From IMG/VR virus record IMGVR_UViG_3300023176_002545: DNA of 64,000 nucleotides; one strand, given 5' to 3'. The notes beneath the pieces are model-generated. The model searched no databases. It saw only the letters and a program-made list of their open reading frames with translations, and was not told the origin of the DNA. The position numbers and the translations under genes are program-made. Positions 45,082 to 53,752 of the stretch are shown here, piece after piece; position 1 is the first letter of the stretch; each line of letters opens with the position of its first letter. Origin of the DNA: a virus.

Positions 45082-47778
45082 TTAGTCTCCAAAGTCAAAC
45101 AAACTATTAAACGTAGTGTGTTGCTTAGTATCTTCTAGATCATATTCCAACACACCAATAAGGTTGTCTAACTTGTTATCGATAATTGTACTTTCCATTG
45201 CTGAATCATCAAATGGAAGTTCTTTAAACCATTCAGGTAAGCGGAGCTCATCTGTTGGATAAGCTACTGACGTATACCCTAGTGGATTTTGTTTTAGTTT
45301 ACAAACAATAACTTTCATACCGTCAACGATTTCTTGTGAGTATTTGTCACCATTCATTCGTTTAAGTGTGTTCCAGTTGATGCTTGCTCTTACGTGACCT
45401 GGCATATTTGCCTTGCCTTGCTTTTGCTCTAGACGTTGATAGTGTCCAATCTTGTTTGCACGTTTGGGAGAACCTTTCTCAAAGCCTGGACGTTCTTTAA
45501 ACTCTGTACGGAACTGTGTAATACGTTCTAGTATTTCTTTTTCAGGTTTGTCTTGCAACACCATTAGCAATACTTCACTTAGAAACTCTTGCATAAACAC
45601 AGGTGTGTCTGACCTACGCAAGTCTAAGCCCATTGCTTTTACTTTGCCTGGTTTACCATCTACATCTGAACGGAAACCTTCTACATCATACACTAGTGCC
45701 GCATAACGTTTCTTAGTAATGTACAATCCGCTTTCTGCAACAATTTCTCTACCTGCGGCAATAACATCTGAACGGCTCTTTGGACAGTGAAATGCTCGTG
45801 CCATAAAGTCTGGGAATGTAGTGTTTGCTTGTTCTGCTACTTGATCATAAAGTGTAATTACACTTTCTTTGGTCCAAGGTATAGTGCCTGCTTGAATTTC
45901 ATCTTTAAGAACAGGATATGCACTAAAGTACACAGAGTCAGTATCACCATAGATAACTGCTTTACCTACGTGATCATATTCGCCTGTGATAACTTTGTTT
46001 ACTTCTGCACTCATGTGCTTAACAATCTGTCTGCCAGTAAGTGTAGTTGACTGTCCTATACGTTTGTCAAAAAATCTGCAACCAGGATTAAGAATGGCCC
46101 CATAAAGAGAGTTAAGATTAATTTTTTTAACAAGTTGCCGTTTGTCCCAAAATGCAGTCTCAATAGCATTGCCTGCTTCTTTTGCTTTCTTAAGTTGTTT
46201 TTGTAGATCCTTACGTTCTGCATACCAGCGTTTTAAGATACCAGGTATCACTCCTTCAAATTCTGTTGTAAAAATTGTGCCATTAGCACTTAGCATCCAC
46301 GGCATGTGGCTGTCAAAAATTAGTTTGTGTATTTCAGCACCGCTTAATACATCACTTTTGCCATCTTCCCAATCAACAGTTAGTGCAACATCTTTGCGTT
46401 GTTCCATAACTGCTTCGTATTCTTCTGTGCTGAAACGTCCTTCCCAACTACCTGCGAATGACTTTTTCTTTAGTGTCATGTCCTCATGAATACGTGACTC
46501 GCTAATATCCGGACGTAGTTGTCCTATAATAGTTTCTGGAGCCATGTTCAAAGCACGAATCACTGATGGATACAGTGAGTTCAAGTCCATTGAACCAATC
46601 CATTTGTGTACGCCCTTTTTAGGAAACGCAACATACGCACCTGCGGCTTGTGTGTTTTCATCATCACGTTTTGGTCTGTTTGGAACTTGCAGTCCTCTGT
46701 GATGTGCTTCGTTAATAATTGCTTGCTCTGTAACTGCAACAGCACCCATTGTTGTTTGTAGAAGAACTGTATTTGCGTGTGCAAGTTCATTACTCAAATC
46801 AATAAAGCGTAGTTTCTTGTCTAGTTTGTCAAGTAGTGCAACGTCTTGTCTGTTATATTCAATAAACGTTTCGAAGTCATTGTTATACAGTTGATCAAGT
46901 GTGCCTTCATAAACAGTTTTACGCTCGCCTACTTCTAGCTCACCAATTGCATCTAATCGATATGTGTGACGTTCTTCGTATGTGTACTTACGATACAGTT
47001 CGAGCGAATCTAAATGCACACGACCTACAAAGTCATATGTTTCACTTGTCTTACCATATTTTTCATATTCACGTTTTTTAGGCATCTGACCCCACAAACA
47101 AAAACGTCTTGTGTCATCGTTGCTGAGTACACGTTTAATACGGTTAACTGTGTAAGGTACGTCATAGCCTTCTGAGTTCCAACCGCTAAAGATATCTGCA
47201 TCTTCAATTAGATCTAAGAACGCTTGTAACATAGCACGTTCGCCATTACCATCTGCGTCATTTTCAAACAGAATAACTTCGTCACCCCAACGTGCTTTAC
47301 ACATTTCTTGTGCTTGATCAAACGCAAGACCTTTGGGCGGAACTGCTAGAGTAATCAATGCACTGTCTAACCACTGTAAGCATACAGTGATAGCAGTAAT
47401 TGGCATAAACGGATCTGCAGGATCAGCAAAGCCACGCTCTGGATCAAAGTCCGTCTCAATATCCCAAAACGCAATGTTTAGTTTAGGTGCATCTTGGTTA
47501 AGATAGTTTTCGCTTAGACATTGGAATATTGGATTGATGTCGCTTTCAAAAAGTTCTTTGTCTTTGTTGATAGCAACTTCTTTACGAAAGTCTTTTGTGT
47601 TTTTACACACAACACGACTTAGAGGATCACCGTACACACTCTTGTACTTGCCTCGTGGATCTTTATAATAAAAAGTATATTTTGCAGGGTATTCGTGATA
47701 GTGTCTTTTGCCGTCACGGCGTTCAACTACACGTATAATATCTTGATCGCGATCAAACATCGCATCAACGTACGGCAT
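45082..47778 (-). CDS. polB: Family B DNA polymerase
   Basis: ExoI DIET, ExoII WNSEGYD, ExoIII YNRQD, DLNSLYPS, KINLNSLYG, YGDTDS. Confidence 0.97.
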   Translation of the reverse strand: MPYVDAMFDRDQDIIRVVERRDGKRHYHEYPAKYTFYYKDPRGKYKSVYGDPLSRVVCKNTKDFRKEVAINKDKELFESDINPIFQCLSENYLNQDAPKLNIAFWDIETDFDPERGFADPADPFMPITAITVCLQWLDSALITLAVPPKGLAFDQAQEMCKARWGDEVILFENDADGNGERAMLQAFLDLIEDADIFSGWNSEGYDVPYTVNRIKRVLSNDDTRRFCLWGQMPKKREYEKYGKTSETYDFVGRVHLDSLELYRKYTYEERHTYRLDAIGELEVGERKTVYEGTLDQLYNNDFETFIEYNRQDVALLDKLDKKLRFIDLSNELAHANTVLLQTTMGAVAVTEQAIINEAHHRGLQVPNRPKRDDENTQAAGAYVAFPKKGVHKWIGSMDLNSLYPSVIRALNMAPETIIGQLRPDISESRIHEDMTLKKKSFAGSWEGRFSTEEYEAVMEQRKDVALTVDWEDGKSDVLSGAEIHKLIFDSHMPWMLSANGTIFTTEFEGVIPGILKRWYAERKDLQKQLKKAKEAGNAIETAFWDKRQLVKKINLNSLYGAILNPGCRFFDKRIGQSTTLTGRQIVKHMSAEVNKVITGEYDHVGKAVIYGDTDSVYFSAYPVLKDEIQAGTIPWTKESVITLYDQVAEQANTTFPDFMARAFHCPKSRSDVIAAGREIVAESGLYITKKRYAALVYDVEGFRSDVDGKPGKVKAMGLDLRRSDTPVFMQEFLSEVLLMVLQDKPEKEILERITQFRTEFKERPGFEKGSPKRANKIGHYQRLEQKQGKANMPGHVRASINWNTLKRMNGDKYSQEIVDGMKVIVCKLKQNPLGYTSVAYPTDELRLPEWFKELPFDDSAMESTIIDNKLDNLIGVLEYDLEDTKQHTTFNSLFDFGD

Positions 47779-47853
47779 TCATTTCTCCTTCGTTGCTTAT
47801 GGCCAACTTAACCTTCATACATGCCTGGCAATTGCCATTGGCGTTACTATTAT

Positions 47854-48081
47854 TTATTGTGCAAAAAGACCTACTAGATAAATTATGGTCAATCCTGCAT
47901 TTAGCACTATCAAACTTTTCTCTTTCCAAAGAACACCTATTAGGACCCAAAGTCCATTTGCTACTGTAAATGCGTAACTGTAATATGGATACATGTTAAA
48001 TGCAGCCATTGTTGCAGCCACTAATAATACTGCTGTTGCAATCCACGCTAGGAATTGATATGGTTTAGGTTGTACTGTCAT
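47854..48081 (-). CDS. Small multi-pass membrane protein
   Basis: Three hydrophobic segments; AAGGAG SD before MTVQPKP. Confidence 0.7.
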   Translation of the reverse strand: MTVQPKPYQFLAWIATAVLLVAATMAAFNMYPYYSYAFTVANGLWVLIGVLWKEKSLIVLNAGLTIIYLVGLFAQ

Positions 48082-48175
48082 TTGGTGTCTCCTTGTTCCA
48101 CATCCATAATGCCCAAACTGGAATAGCATACACTGCTAAAAGAAATGATAACACTTTTAAAAGTTCTACCACCAT
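48065..48175 (-). CDS. Single-pass membrane peptide (36 aa, absent from ORF track)
   Basis: MVVELLKVLSFLLAVYAIPVWALWMWNKETPNDSTT; overlaps both neighbours. Confidence 0.5.
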   Translation of the reverse strand: MVVELLKVLSFLLAVYAIPVWALWMWNKETPNDSTT

Positions 48176-48450
48176 AGCATTGCTACTCCAAATCCAAATA
48201 CATTAACAAAGGCAAAGTATGTTGTTAACATCATAGGCCATGCTAGTGTACGTCTGTAATAAGCATAAATTGCTGTACACGAACCGATAAAGAAACCTGG
48301 ATACACTATTCGCATATCAGGTGCATCTGCATGCAATGCAAGTGTTAAACTTGCACCAACTGTAAAGATAAAACTTACAAGTTCAAACGCAAATGCTATC
48401 TTATCTGTGCGGTAACTGTGTAACCAAAATTCTTTAATTCGATTTATCAC
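48166..48450 (-). CDS. Small multi-pass membrane protein
   Basis: Three hydrophobic segments, similar layout to 47854-48081. Confidence 0.7.
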   Translation of the reverse strand: MINRIKEFWLHSYRTDKIAFAFELVSFIFTVGASLTLALHADAPDMRIVYPGFFIGSCTAIYAYYRRTLAWPMMLTTYFAFVNVFGFGVAMLWW

Positions 48451-48707
48451 TTATCGTAGCCTAATGTAGTAATAAGTGTTTCTAGATCGTCAAACGCATC
48501 ATAGTGCTGCTGCCAATCACGTTTTTGTGCAATCTTAATTGCTTTGTTAATTAGAGCAGGTTTGATATCTAATTCTTCTGCTACTGCCTTTACTGTGTCT
48601 TTTAATCCTGCCTGTAGATCTTCAACTTCTTGTAGTACTGTTACGCCTTCACGAACTAGTCGCTCGAGTTTGGCTTTTTCTTCTGCACCATAGGTACGGT
48701 CACTCAT
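48447..48707 (-). CDS. T4 DsbA-like double-stranded DNA-binding protein
   Basis: Helical pattern LKDTVKAVAEELDIKPALINKAIKIAQK as in DsbA/GapR-like proteins. Confidence 0.55.
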   Translation of the reverse strand: MSDRTYGAEEKAKLERLVREGVTVLQEVEDLQAGLKDTVKAVAEELDIKPALINKAIKIAQKRDWQQHYDAFDDLETLITTLGYDK

Positions 48708-48738
48708 AGGTCACTCCTGTTGTGTTAGTTATAAGTGT

Positions 48739-48767
48739 ATTATATATTAGATTTTGGGTGTTGTCAA
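48739..48767 (-). promoter_or_regulatory. sigma70 consensus promoter heading the replication operon
   Basis: TTGACA-17nt-TATAAT. Confidence 0.85.
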
Positions 48768-48777
48768 CCAGAAATGG

Positions 48778-49461
48778 TTAATTATTTTGGGCTGCGTGTT
48801 GTCTAGCTCTTGATATAGCAACTAAAGATAAATTGCCACCACCTGTGATATCATCTCCTATTTTTTGATTATTAGGACCCCATAACTGATATCTATTAGA
48901 AGCTAACATACGTATTTCATATCCTTCTGGAAAATCGTCTGTTCCAGGAGGGACTGGCGTTCCTCGACGATCAGCTACAGACGGATCTTCAGTATTGCCA
49001 TCTTCATCTTCAGGTGCATTTGCTCTATCTAAAACATATTTTGCAGAATTAAAACTCATTACAATACTATTAAGCATCATGCCTAATGCTTCGTTCTTTT
49101 TAATTTTAGGATTAGATTGTTCTGAAATAACTCTCATCATATTTGATATATTGGCCTTTTCTTGAGCACCTGGACCATTCCAGTAATTAACTAGAGCAGA
49201 AACAAGAGCTTCAAGAGAGTGACCACTGCGACTACCACTATAATGATTTCCATATATTAAAATAGCTTCTTCTGCTAATGCTTTCATATTTTGACTGTTG
49301 TAAGTCCACTCGCTTTCATCAGTACCCCATGGTCTAAATCTAGCATTTCTGCTAATAGCTAATTCTTCAGCACGATCAGCAGAAATAAATTCTTGCTGAT
49401 CACCGCCTTCAATATAAAACTCGTCTAGTTTTGCTTCTGATATTACGTCAAATACTTTCAT
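48778..49461 (-). CDS. Putative internal virion protein
   Basis: N-terminus MKVFDVISEA resembles a T4 capsid-targeting sequence. Confidence 0.55.
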   Translation of the reverse strand: MKVFDVISEAKLDEFYIEGGDQQEFISADRAEELAISRNARFRPWGTDESEWTYNSQNMKALAEEAILIYGNHYSGSRSGHSLEALVSALVNYWNGPGAQEKANISNMMRVISEQSNPKIKKNEALGMMLNSIVMSFNSAKYVLDRANAPEDEDGNTEDPSVADRRGTPVPPGTDDFPEGYEIRMLASNRYQLWGPNNQKIGDDITGGGNLSLVAISRARQHAAQNN

Positions 49462-49471
49462 CTAATTATCC

Positions 49472-52087
49472 TTACGGCGATACGTTATCGAAATCATTAG
49501 TTTCTGGTTGTTGCTGTTGAGTAGCTGTAGGATCTGTTAGTGTACCTGCTGCTCTTCTTCTTTCAACTTCTGTTTCGACTGCTGTTAATAGAGCAGGACT
49601 TGTAACCCATGCACGTCTGCCATCAGGTGAACCTTGGTGTCCTTCGAACCTATCGCCTTGCTTAATAGGATTGACGTAGTACTTTTGACCTTGCCAGTAT
49701 AGTACAATCCAGCCGCCTTCTTGTTCGTTGTCTGGAGCAATACCATTTACTGTTGTAGAGCCATTTCTTTCACTACGTGATGCTGGAGCACCCCATTGAC
49801 CTTCGCCGGTGATTTCAACATTAAATCTTCTTAGAACGCCGTTTAGTTGGATTAAGTCATCGCCGCCAAACTCTTCTGAAAGGTGTTGTAGTAGTTCAGC
49901 TTGATATCTGTCTTTGTAAATAGATTGTACGTTTTCCCAACTATTTTGTATTTTACCAAGAATAGCTAATACTGCATCTTCGGTAGTTCCCATACCAAAC
50001 AACCAGCCGCCTTTCATAGCTTCGTACAGTCCTTCAGCAGCATCAGCAGCATTTGCAATAGCTTCTACGCTTCCTGGATCACCACTATCGGCTCCTTCTA
50101 AACGAGCAACAATAGCATCAACTCTGTCTTGGTCGCTAAACGAAACTTCACCGTTAACCCAATCCATCATATCTTCGTTGTATGCATTTTGGAATGCTGA
50201 TTTAACTCTTTGCCATTCTGCGGTATCTGCAATAGAAGCTAGTATAGCCATTACTGCTTGTTCATCAGTTCCTGCACCGTCAATACCATCATGCATTGCT
50301 CTTGCTTTTTGTTGAGCATCCATGTTATCAACGTCTGTTGCTACTCTAGCATCATCCGCTGATTGTTCTGGTTCAGTTGCTGGTGCTGATCTTGCCCATT
50401 CTCCTACTGCACTAAATTGTGTTTGTAGTTCTTGTGGCAGTCCTGACTGATATTCTCCATCTTCTAGTTTTGCTTTTAGTGCATTGTACAGTTCCATTGC
50501 ACGAGCTTGTTGTTCTGGAGTTACTGCTTCTTTTAACATTGACTCAACAATGTTAATCATAGATCTAAAATCAAAAGATTTAGATTCTTCTTGTGTTTGA
50601 TTAGGCTGCTCGCCATTAAACGTTGCACCTGCTGTAATCAACTCGTTTAGTTCTTTTAGTTGTGCTGACCAAGTTTTAACATCTGGTAGTCTACCCCAAA
50701 CTAGAATCTTTTCAATAGTTTGTGGGCCTGCATCGCCATCATCTGTTAGACCAACTAGTTGCTGGAACTCTTTTACCGCACTAATTGTTTGTGGACCATA
50801 GCGTCCGTCAGTGCCAATATCCCAACCCATAGTTTTTAAGAACTCTTGTAGTTCTGTAATAGCACGAGTTTCGCCTGGATCGTTTTTAATACCGCCCTTA
50901 CCAGACTGTGCAAAGTCTGCTAGTGACATACCATTTGGATCTCCTGAAGCAGCACCGCTATCAGCAGCATCTGCATCGGCAACACCGTCTGCTACTCCAC
51001 CTTCTTGGTCTTGTGGCTGTTGTGGTGCTGTCGGAGCAGCTCCTAGATCGTCACCTGCATCGCCTGCTTGTGGTTCAATATTTGCTGCTGCTTCTCTTGC
51101 TTGTGTTACTAAACGCACAGTCTCTGCATCATCAATTTGATCTAATGATGAAGTATCTTTGAACACTAGTAGTAGTTCTTGGAACTCTGTTTCTTCTGCA
51201 TCTGTAAGTGCTTCAGTTAGCAGTCTTGCCAGTGATGAAATATAAGTAATTCCTTCTTCAGTTTGTGTACCTTCGTTACGTTTTGCAAGTAGTTCTAAGA
51301 AACGTCTTGCTTGTGTACGCATTCTTTGCTGACCTTGACGACTAGCATTTACGCCTGAGGTTTGGGCACGGTCTTCGTCACTGTATCCTAATCCACCTGC
51401 AAGTCCACCTAAGAAACCAATGTTTTCTGCTGCTTCTTCTGGAAGTAGTCCTCTATCTGCTAGAGCTCGTGCAAGACGTTCGCTTGCACCTCTTGCTTGT
51501 TGGTAGTTACCGTTCTCATCTTTTTCTGCTTTTGTAACTAGTTTGTTATCAGAGTTAAACAATGCTTCAACACGGATTTGTTTAGCAACAGCACCAAGGT
51601 ATTGTCTTTCTGAATAACTTCTGCTAACGTCATGACTTCCTGATTCAAGTTCACTGCGTAGTTCTCTAAAACCTCTTTGAATATCTTCTAAACTTGGATC
51701 TCTTCCTAGGCTTCTAACTTTAGAGTCAAAAATTCTATTGATAGCGTTGCGATCTGCTCCCCAACCCCAGTTACCCATACTTGGAATTCTTCTGTCTTCT
51801 CTGTCACTTGCTGCCGTTGCTGTGTCACCTACTTCTTCAGCACGACGACCTTGACTAGATGCTAACCATGAATCTAAACGTTCTTGATCACTATAATAAA
51901 TTTTAACAACATCGTCTGGTCCGTATCCAGAGCCTGTAATTCCAGTATATAATTTTGATGGAAGCTCTCTATTGATATTAACATTAGTTAATCCACCGTT
52001 AGACTGAATAATGCGTTCTGCATCAAATTCTCGTCTAGCTTCATTCAGTCTTTCTACAGACTCAATTAGTTTACGCATATCAGACAT
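49472..52087 (-). CDS. Large putative virion protein with peptidoglycan-binding domain and two annexin-like repeats
   Basis: PG_binding_1-like ITELQEFL...DGRYGPQT.SAVKEFQ...DGDAGPQT; annexin-like GAGTDEQAVMAIL and AMKG..GMGTTEDAVLAIL. Confidence 0.75.
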   Translation of the reverse strand: MSDMRKLIESVERLNEARREFDAERIIQSNGGLTNVNINRELPSKLYTGITGSGYGPDDVVKIYYSDQERLDSWLASSQGRRAEEVGDTATAASDREDRRIPSMGNWGWGADRNAINRIFDSKVRSLGRDPSLEDIQRGFRELRSELESGSHDVSRSYSERQYLGAVAKQIRVEALFNSDNKLVTKAEKDENGNYQQARGASERLARALADRGLLPEEAAENIGFLGGLAGGLGYSDEDRAQTSGVNASRQGQQRMRTQARRFLELLAKRNEGTQTEEGITYISSLARLLTEALTDAEETEFQELLLVFKDTSSLDQIDDAETVRLVTQAREAAANIEPQAGDAGDDLGAAPTAPQQPQDQEGGVADGVADADAADSGAASGDPNGMSLADFAQSGKGGIKNDPGETRAITELQEFLKTMGWDIGTDGRYGPQTISAVKEFQQLVGLTDDGDAGPQTIEKILVWGRLPDVKTWSAQLKELNELITAGATFNGEQPNQTQEESKSFDFRSMINIVESMLKEAVTPEQQARAMELYNALKAKLEDGEYQSGLPQELQTQFSAVGEWARSAPATEPEQSADDARVATDVDNMDAQQKARAMHDGIDGAGTDEQAVMAILASIADTAEWQRVKSAFQNAYNEDMMDWVNGEVSFSDQDRVDAIVARLEGADSGDPGSVEAIANAADAAEGLYEAMKGGWLFGMGTTEDAVLAILGKIQNSWENVQSIYKDRYQAELLQHLSEEFGGDDLIQLNGVLRRFNVEITGEGQWGAPASRSERNGSTTVNGIAPDNEQEGGWIVLYWQGQKYYVNPIKQGDRFEGHQGSPDGRRAWVTSPALLTAVETEVERRRAAGTLTDPTATQQQQPETNDFDNVSP

Positions 52088-52685
52088 TGTTTTTCTCCAT
52101 GTGTTCTTTTAGTTGTTTGTTTAGCATAGCTACTATTGATTCTGTTTGTTCGGGCTCAGTTACTTCTGGTGCTGGTTCTTGTTGTGCAGAATCTTCTCTA
52201 TTTGCAATTTTAATAATATTATCTAGCATTTGTGCTAGTCTTGGTTCTTCTAGTATACGCTCTAGCATTTTAGCATACGGAGCAAACGCTTCACGCTGTT
52301 TTGGCTGCATAATTTCACCGTCCATTGCTCTACGTATTGCTTGTTGTACTAGAACTGTTGGATCTTCTGAGCCAACATCTTTTCTTGTTTTTGTAAGTCC
52401 AGGAAGTAAACTTGGTGCAGGACCTGTTGGTTCTGCTGCTACTTCTGCATCTTCTTTTAAGTATTTAGGGGTATGTTTAACACCTGCTAGTGCAGCAAGT
52501 CCTGCTAAGTCTAAGTCTAAAGGTAAACTGCCCGGAGCAACTTGGGCACTTTCATTTACATAGTCTTTAGTAGGTGGAACATCTGAAACTGTCTTGCCTG
52601 CTGCGGCAAGTAGTGCTTCTCTATCTCTTTTAGGATCTGAAGGAATAAGATCTTTCATGAGATTGCTCATTGCGTAGAAATCCAT
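52080..52685 (-). CDS. Putative virion protein
   Basis: 201-aa ORF in the structural run with LAGV and xNE/xKE motifs. Confidence 0.6.
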   Translation of the reverse strand: MDFYAMSNLMKDLIPSDPKRDREALLAAAGKTVSDVPPTKDYVNESAQVAPGSLPLDLDLAGLAALAGVKHTPKYLKEDAEVAAEPTGPAPSLLPGLTKTRKDVGSEDPTVLVQQAIRRAMDGEIMQPKQREAFAPYAKMLERILEEPRLAQMLDNIIKIANREDSAQQEPAPEVTEPEQTESIVAMLNKQLKEHMEKNNV

Positions 52686-53179
52686 TAGTTGCCTGCCTCT
52701 GCTGCTTTAAATGCTGCTACAGCCATTTCTCTACGTTTTTCTTTTGATTTGCCTTGAAACTGTGGAGCATTTGACTCTTGAAAGTCTTTGATCCATGCTT
52801 CAATTCCATCGGAAACTTGAAGTTTTTCTGCTAGTTTAGATTCTAATACTTTGCTTAGTGTTTGCTTGTAGTTTACAGAATCTTTAACAGGAACGTATGC
52901 TTTTTTTGCTTTTGCAGTTTCAACAACATTTTCTTCAAACTTCATTTCATAATCTAGTGCATGATACACAGATCCAATGTAGTCTGCTGCTTTAGTAATT
53001 TTTGATTGCTGCCAACCTTCAATGCCTTGTGCTTCTGAAACACCTTTTAGCATATCATGCAATTTAATTGCATATTTGGCAATTTTGTATAATTCGGCTC
53101 GTGCCATTTGCACTTCGTGATCACGCTCAACTGCGTGAGCCATATCACCTAAGTGTCCTTCGTTAACTTTTTTAGTCAT
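52685..53179 (-). CDS. Putative internal virion protein
   Basis: MTKKVNEG start; GATAAATA at 53205-53212 and AGGAG SD. Confidence 0.6.
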   Translation of the reverse strand: MTKKVNEGHLGDMAHAVERDHEVQMARAELYKIAKYAIKLHDMLKGVSEAQGIEGWQQSKITKAADYIGSVYHALDYEMKFEENVVETAKAKKAYVPVKDSVNYKQTLSKVLESKLAEKLQVSDGIEAWIKDFQESNAPQFQGKSKEKRREMAVAAFKAAEAGN

Positions 53180-53223
53180 TCGGTTGCTCCTAAATACTAT
53201 AATGTATTTATCAAGGCAACGTC

Positions 53224-53748
53224 TTACGAGGCTCGTTTTATTGTTTTGGGTTTAGCACTAGCCATTAGAGTGTCTTTTCCATCTAGTGCATTTTTGGCTG
53301 TGCCGTCTGAATTTTTACGTTGTGGTGCTATAGGAACACCGTATTTGTCACGTTTGATCTTAGCATATGCTGCACGAGGATTTGCAACACTAGCAATATT
53401 ACCTGAACTAGTTGCACCTGCACTTGCGTCTTCTTTAACACAAGAGCCTTTTTCGCCACGCTTCTTACCTTTTACTTTGCGATAACCTTTCCAGCATTTG
53501 TTGTATACTTTACTATTACCGTGTGCTTCTAGAAATGCTTCTTTAATATCTTCATCTGAAATTACATAGCGATGGTCACTACCTGAACGAGGTTTTAGTT
53601 CTTTACCTACAATAAACTTTAACCATTCTGCAAGTTGTTCAATATCATCTGTTTGTGCAACTTTATCTGCGATTAAACTAATGATATGTGAGCGTAAACG
53701 GCTTTTATCTAATACTAGGTTACCTTCTACTATTTCAAATATTTTCAT
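53224..53748 (-). CDS. Putative internal virion protein
   Basis: MKIFEIVEG start; CWKGYRKV...CVKE module; AATAAATA 5 nt before ATG. Confidence 0.6.
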   Translation of the reverse strand: MKIFEIVEGNLVLDKSRLRSHIISLIADKVAQTDDIEQLAEWLKFIVGKELKPRSGSDHRYVISDEDIKEAFLEAHGNSKVYNKCWKGYRKVKGKKRGEKGSCVKEDASAGATSSGNIASVANPRAAYAKIKRDKYGVPIAPQRKNSDGTAKNALDGKDTLMASAKPKTIKRAS

Positions 53749-53752
53749 ACTA

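Noticed and set aside
45082-47778. Intein or intron in the DNA polymerase
   Set aside because: Continuous 898-aa ORF with normally spaced Exo and Pol motifs; no intein splice motifs or LAGLIDADG/HNH insert recognised
47826-47837. 12-bp palindrome TGGCAATTGCCA upstream of the polymerase as a gp43-type autoregulatory operator
   Set aside because: It has no loop, lies about 45 nt from the SD and occurs once; insufficient support
47854-48450. Holin-endolysin lysis cassette
   Set aside because: No endolysin is adjacent and the genes sit under an early sigma70 promoter
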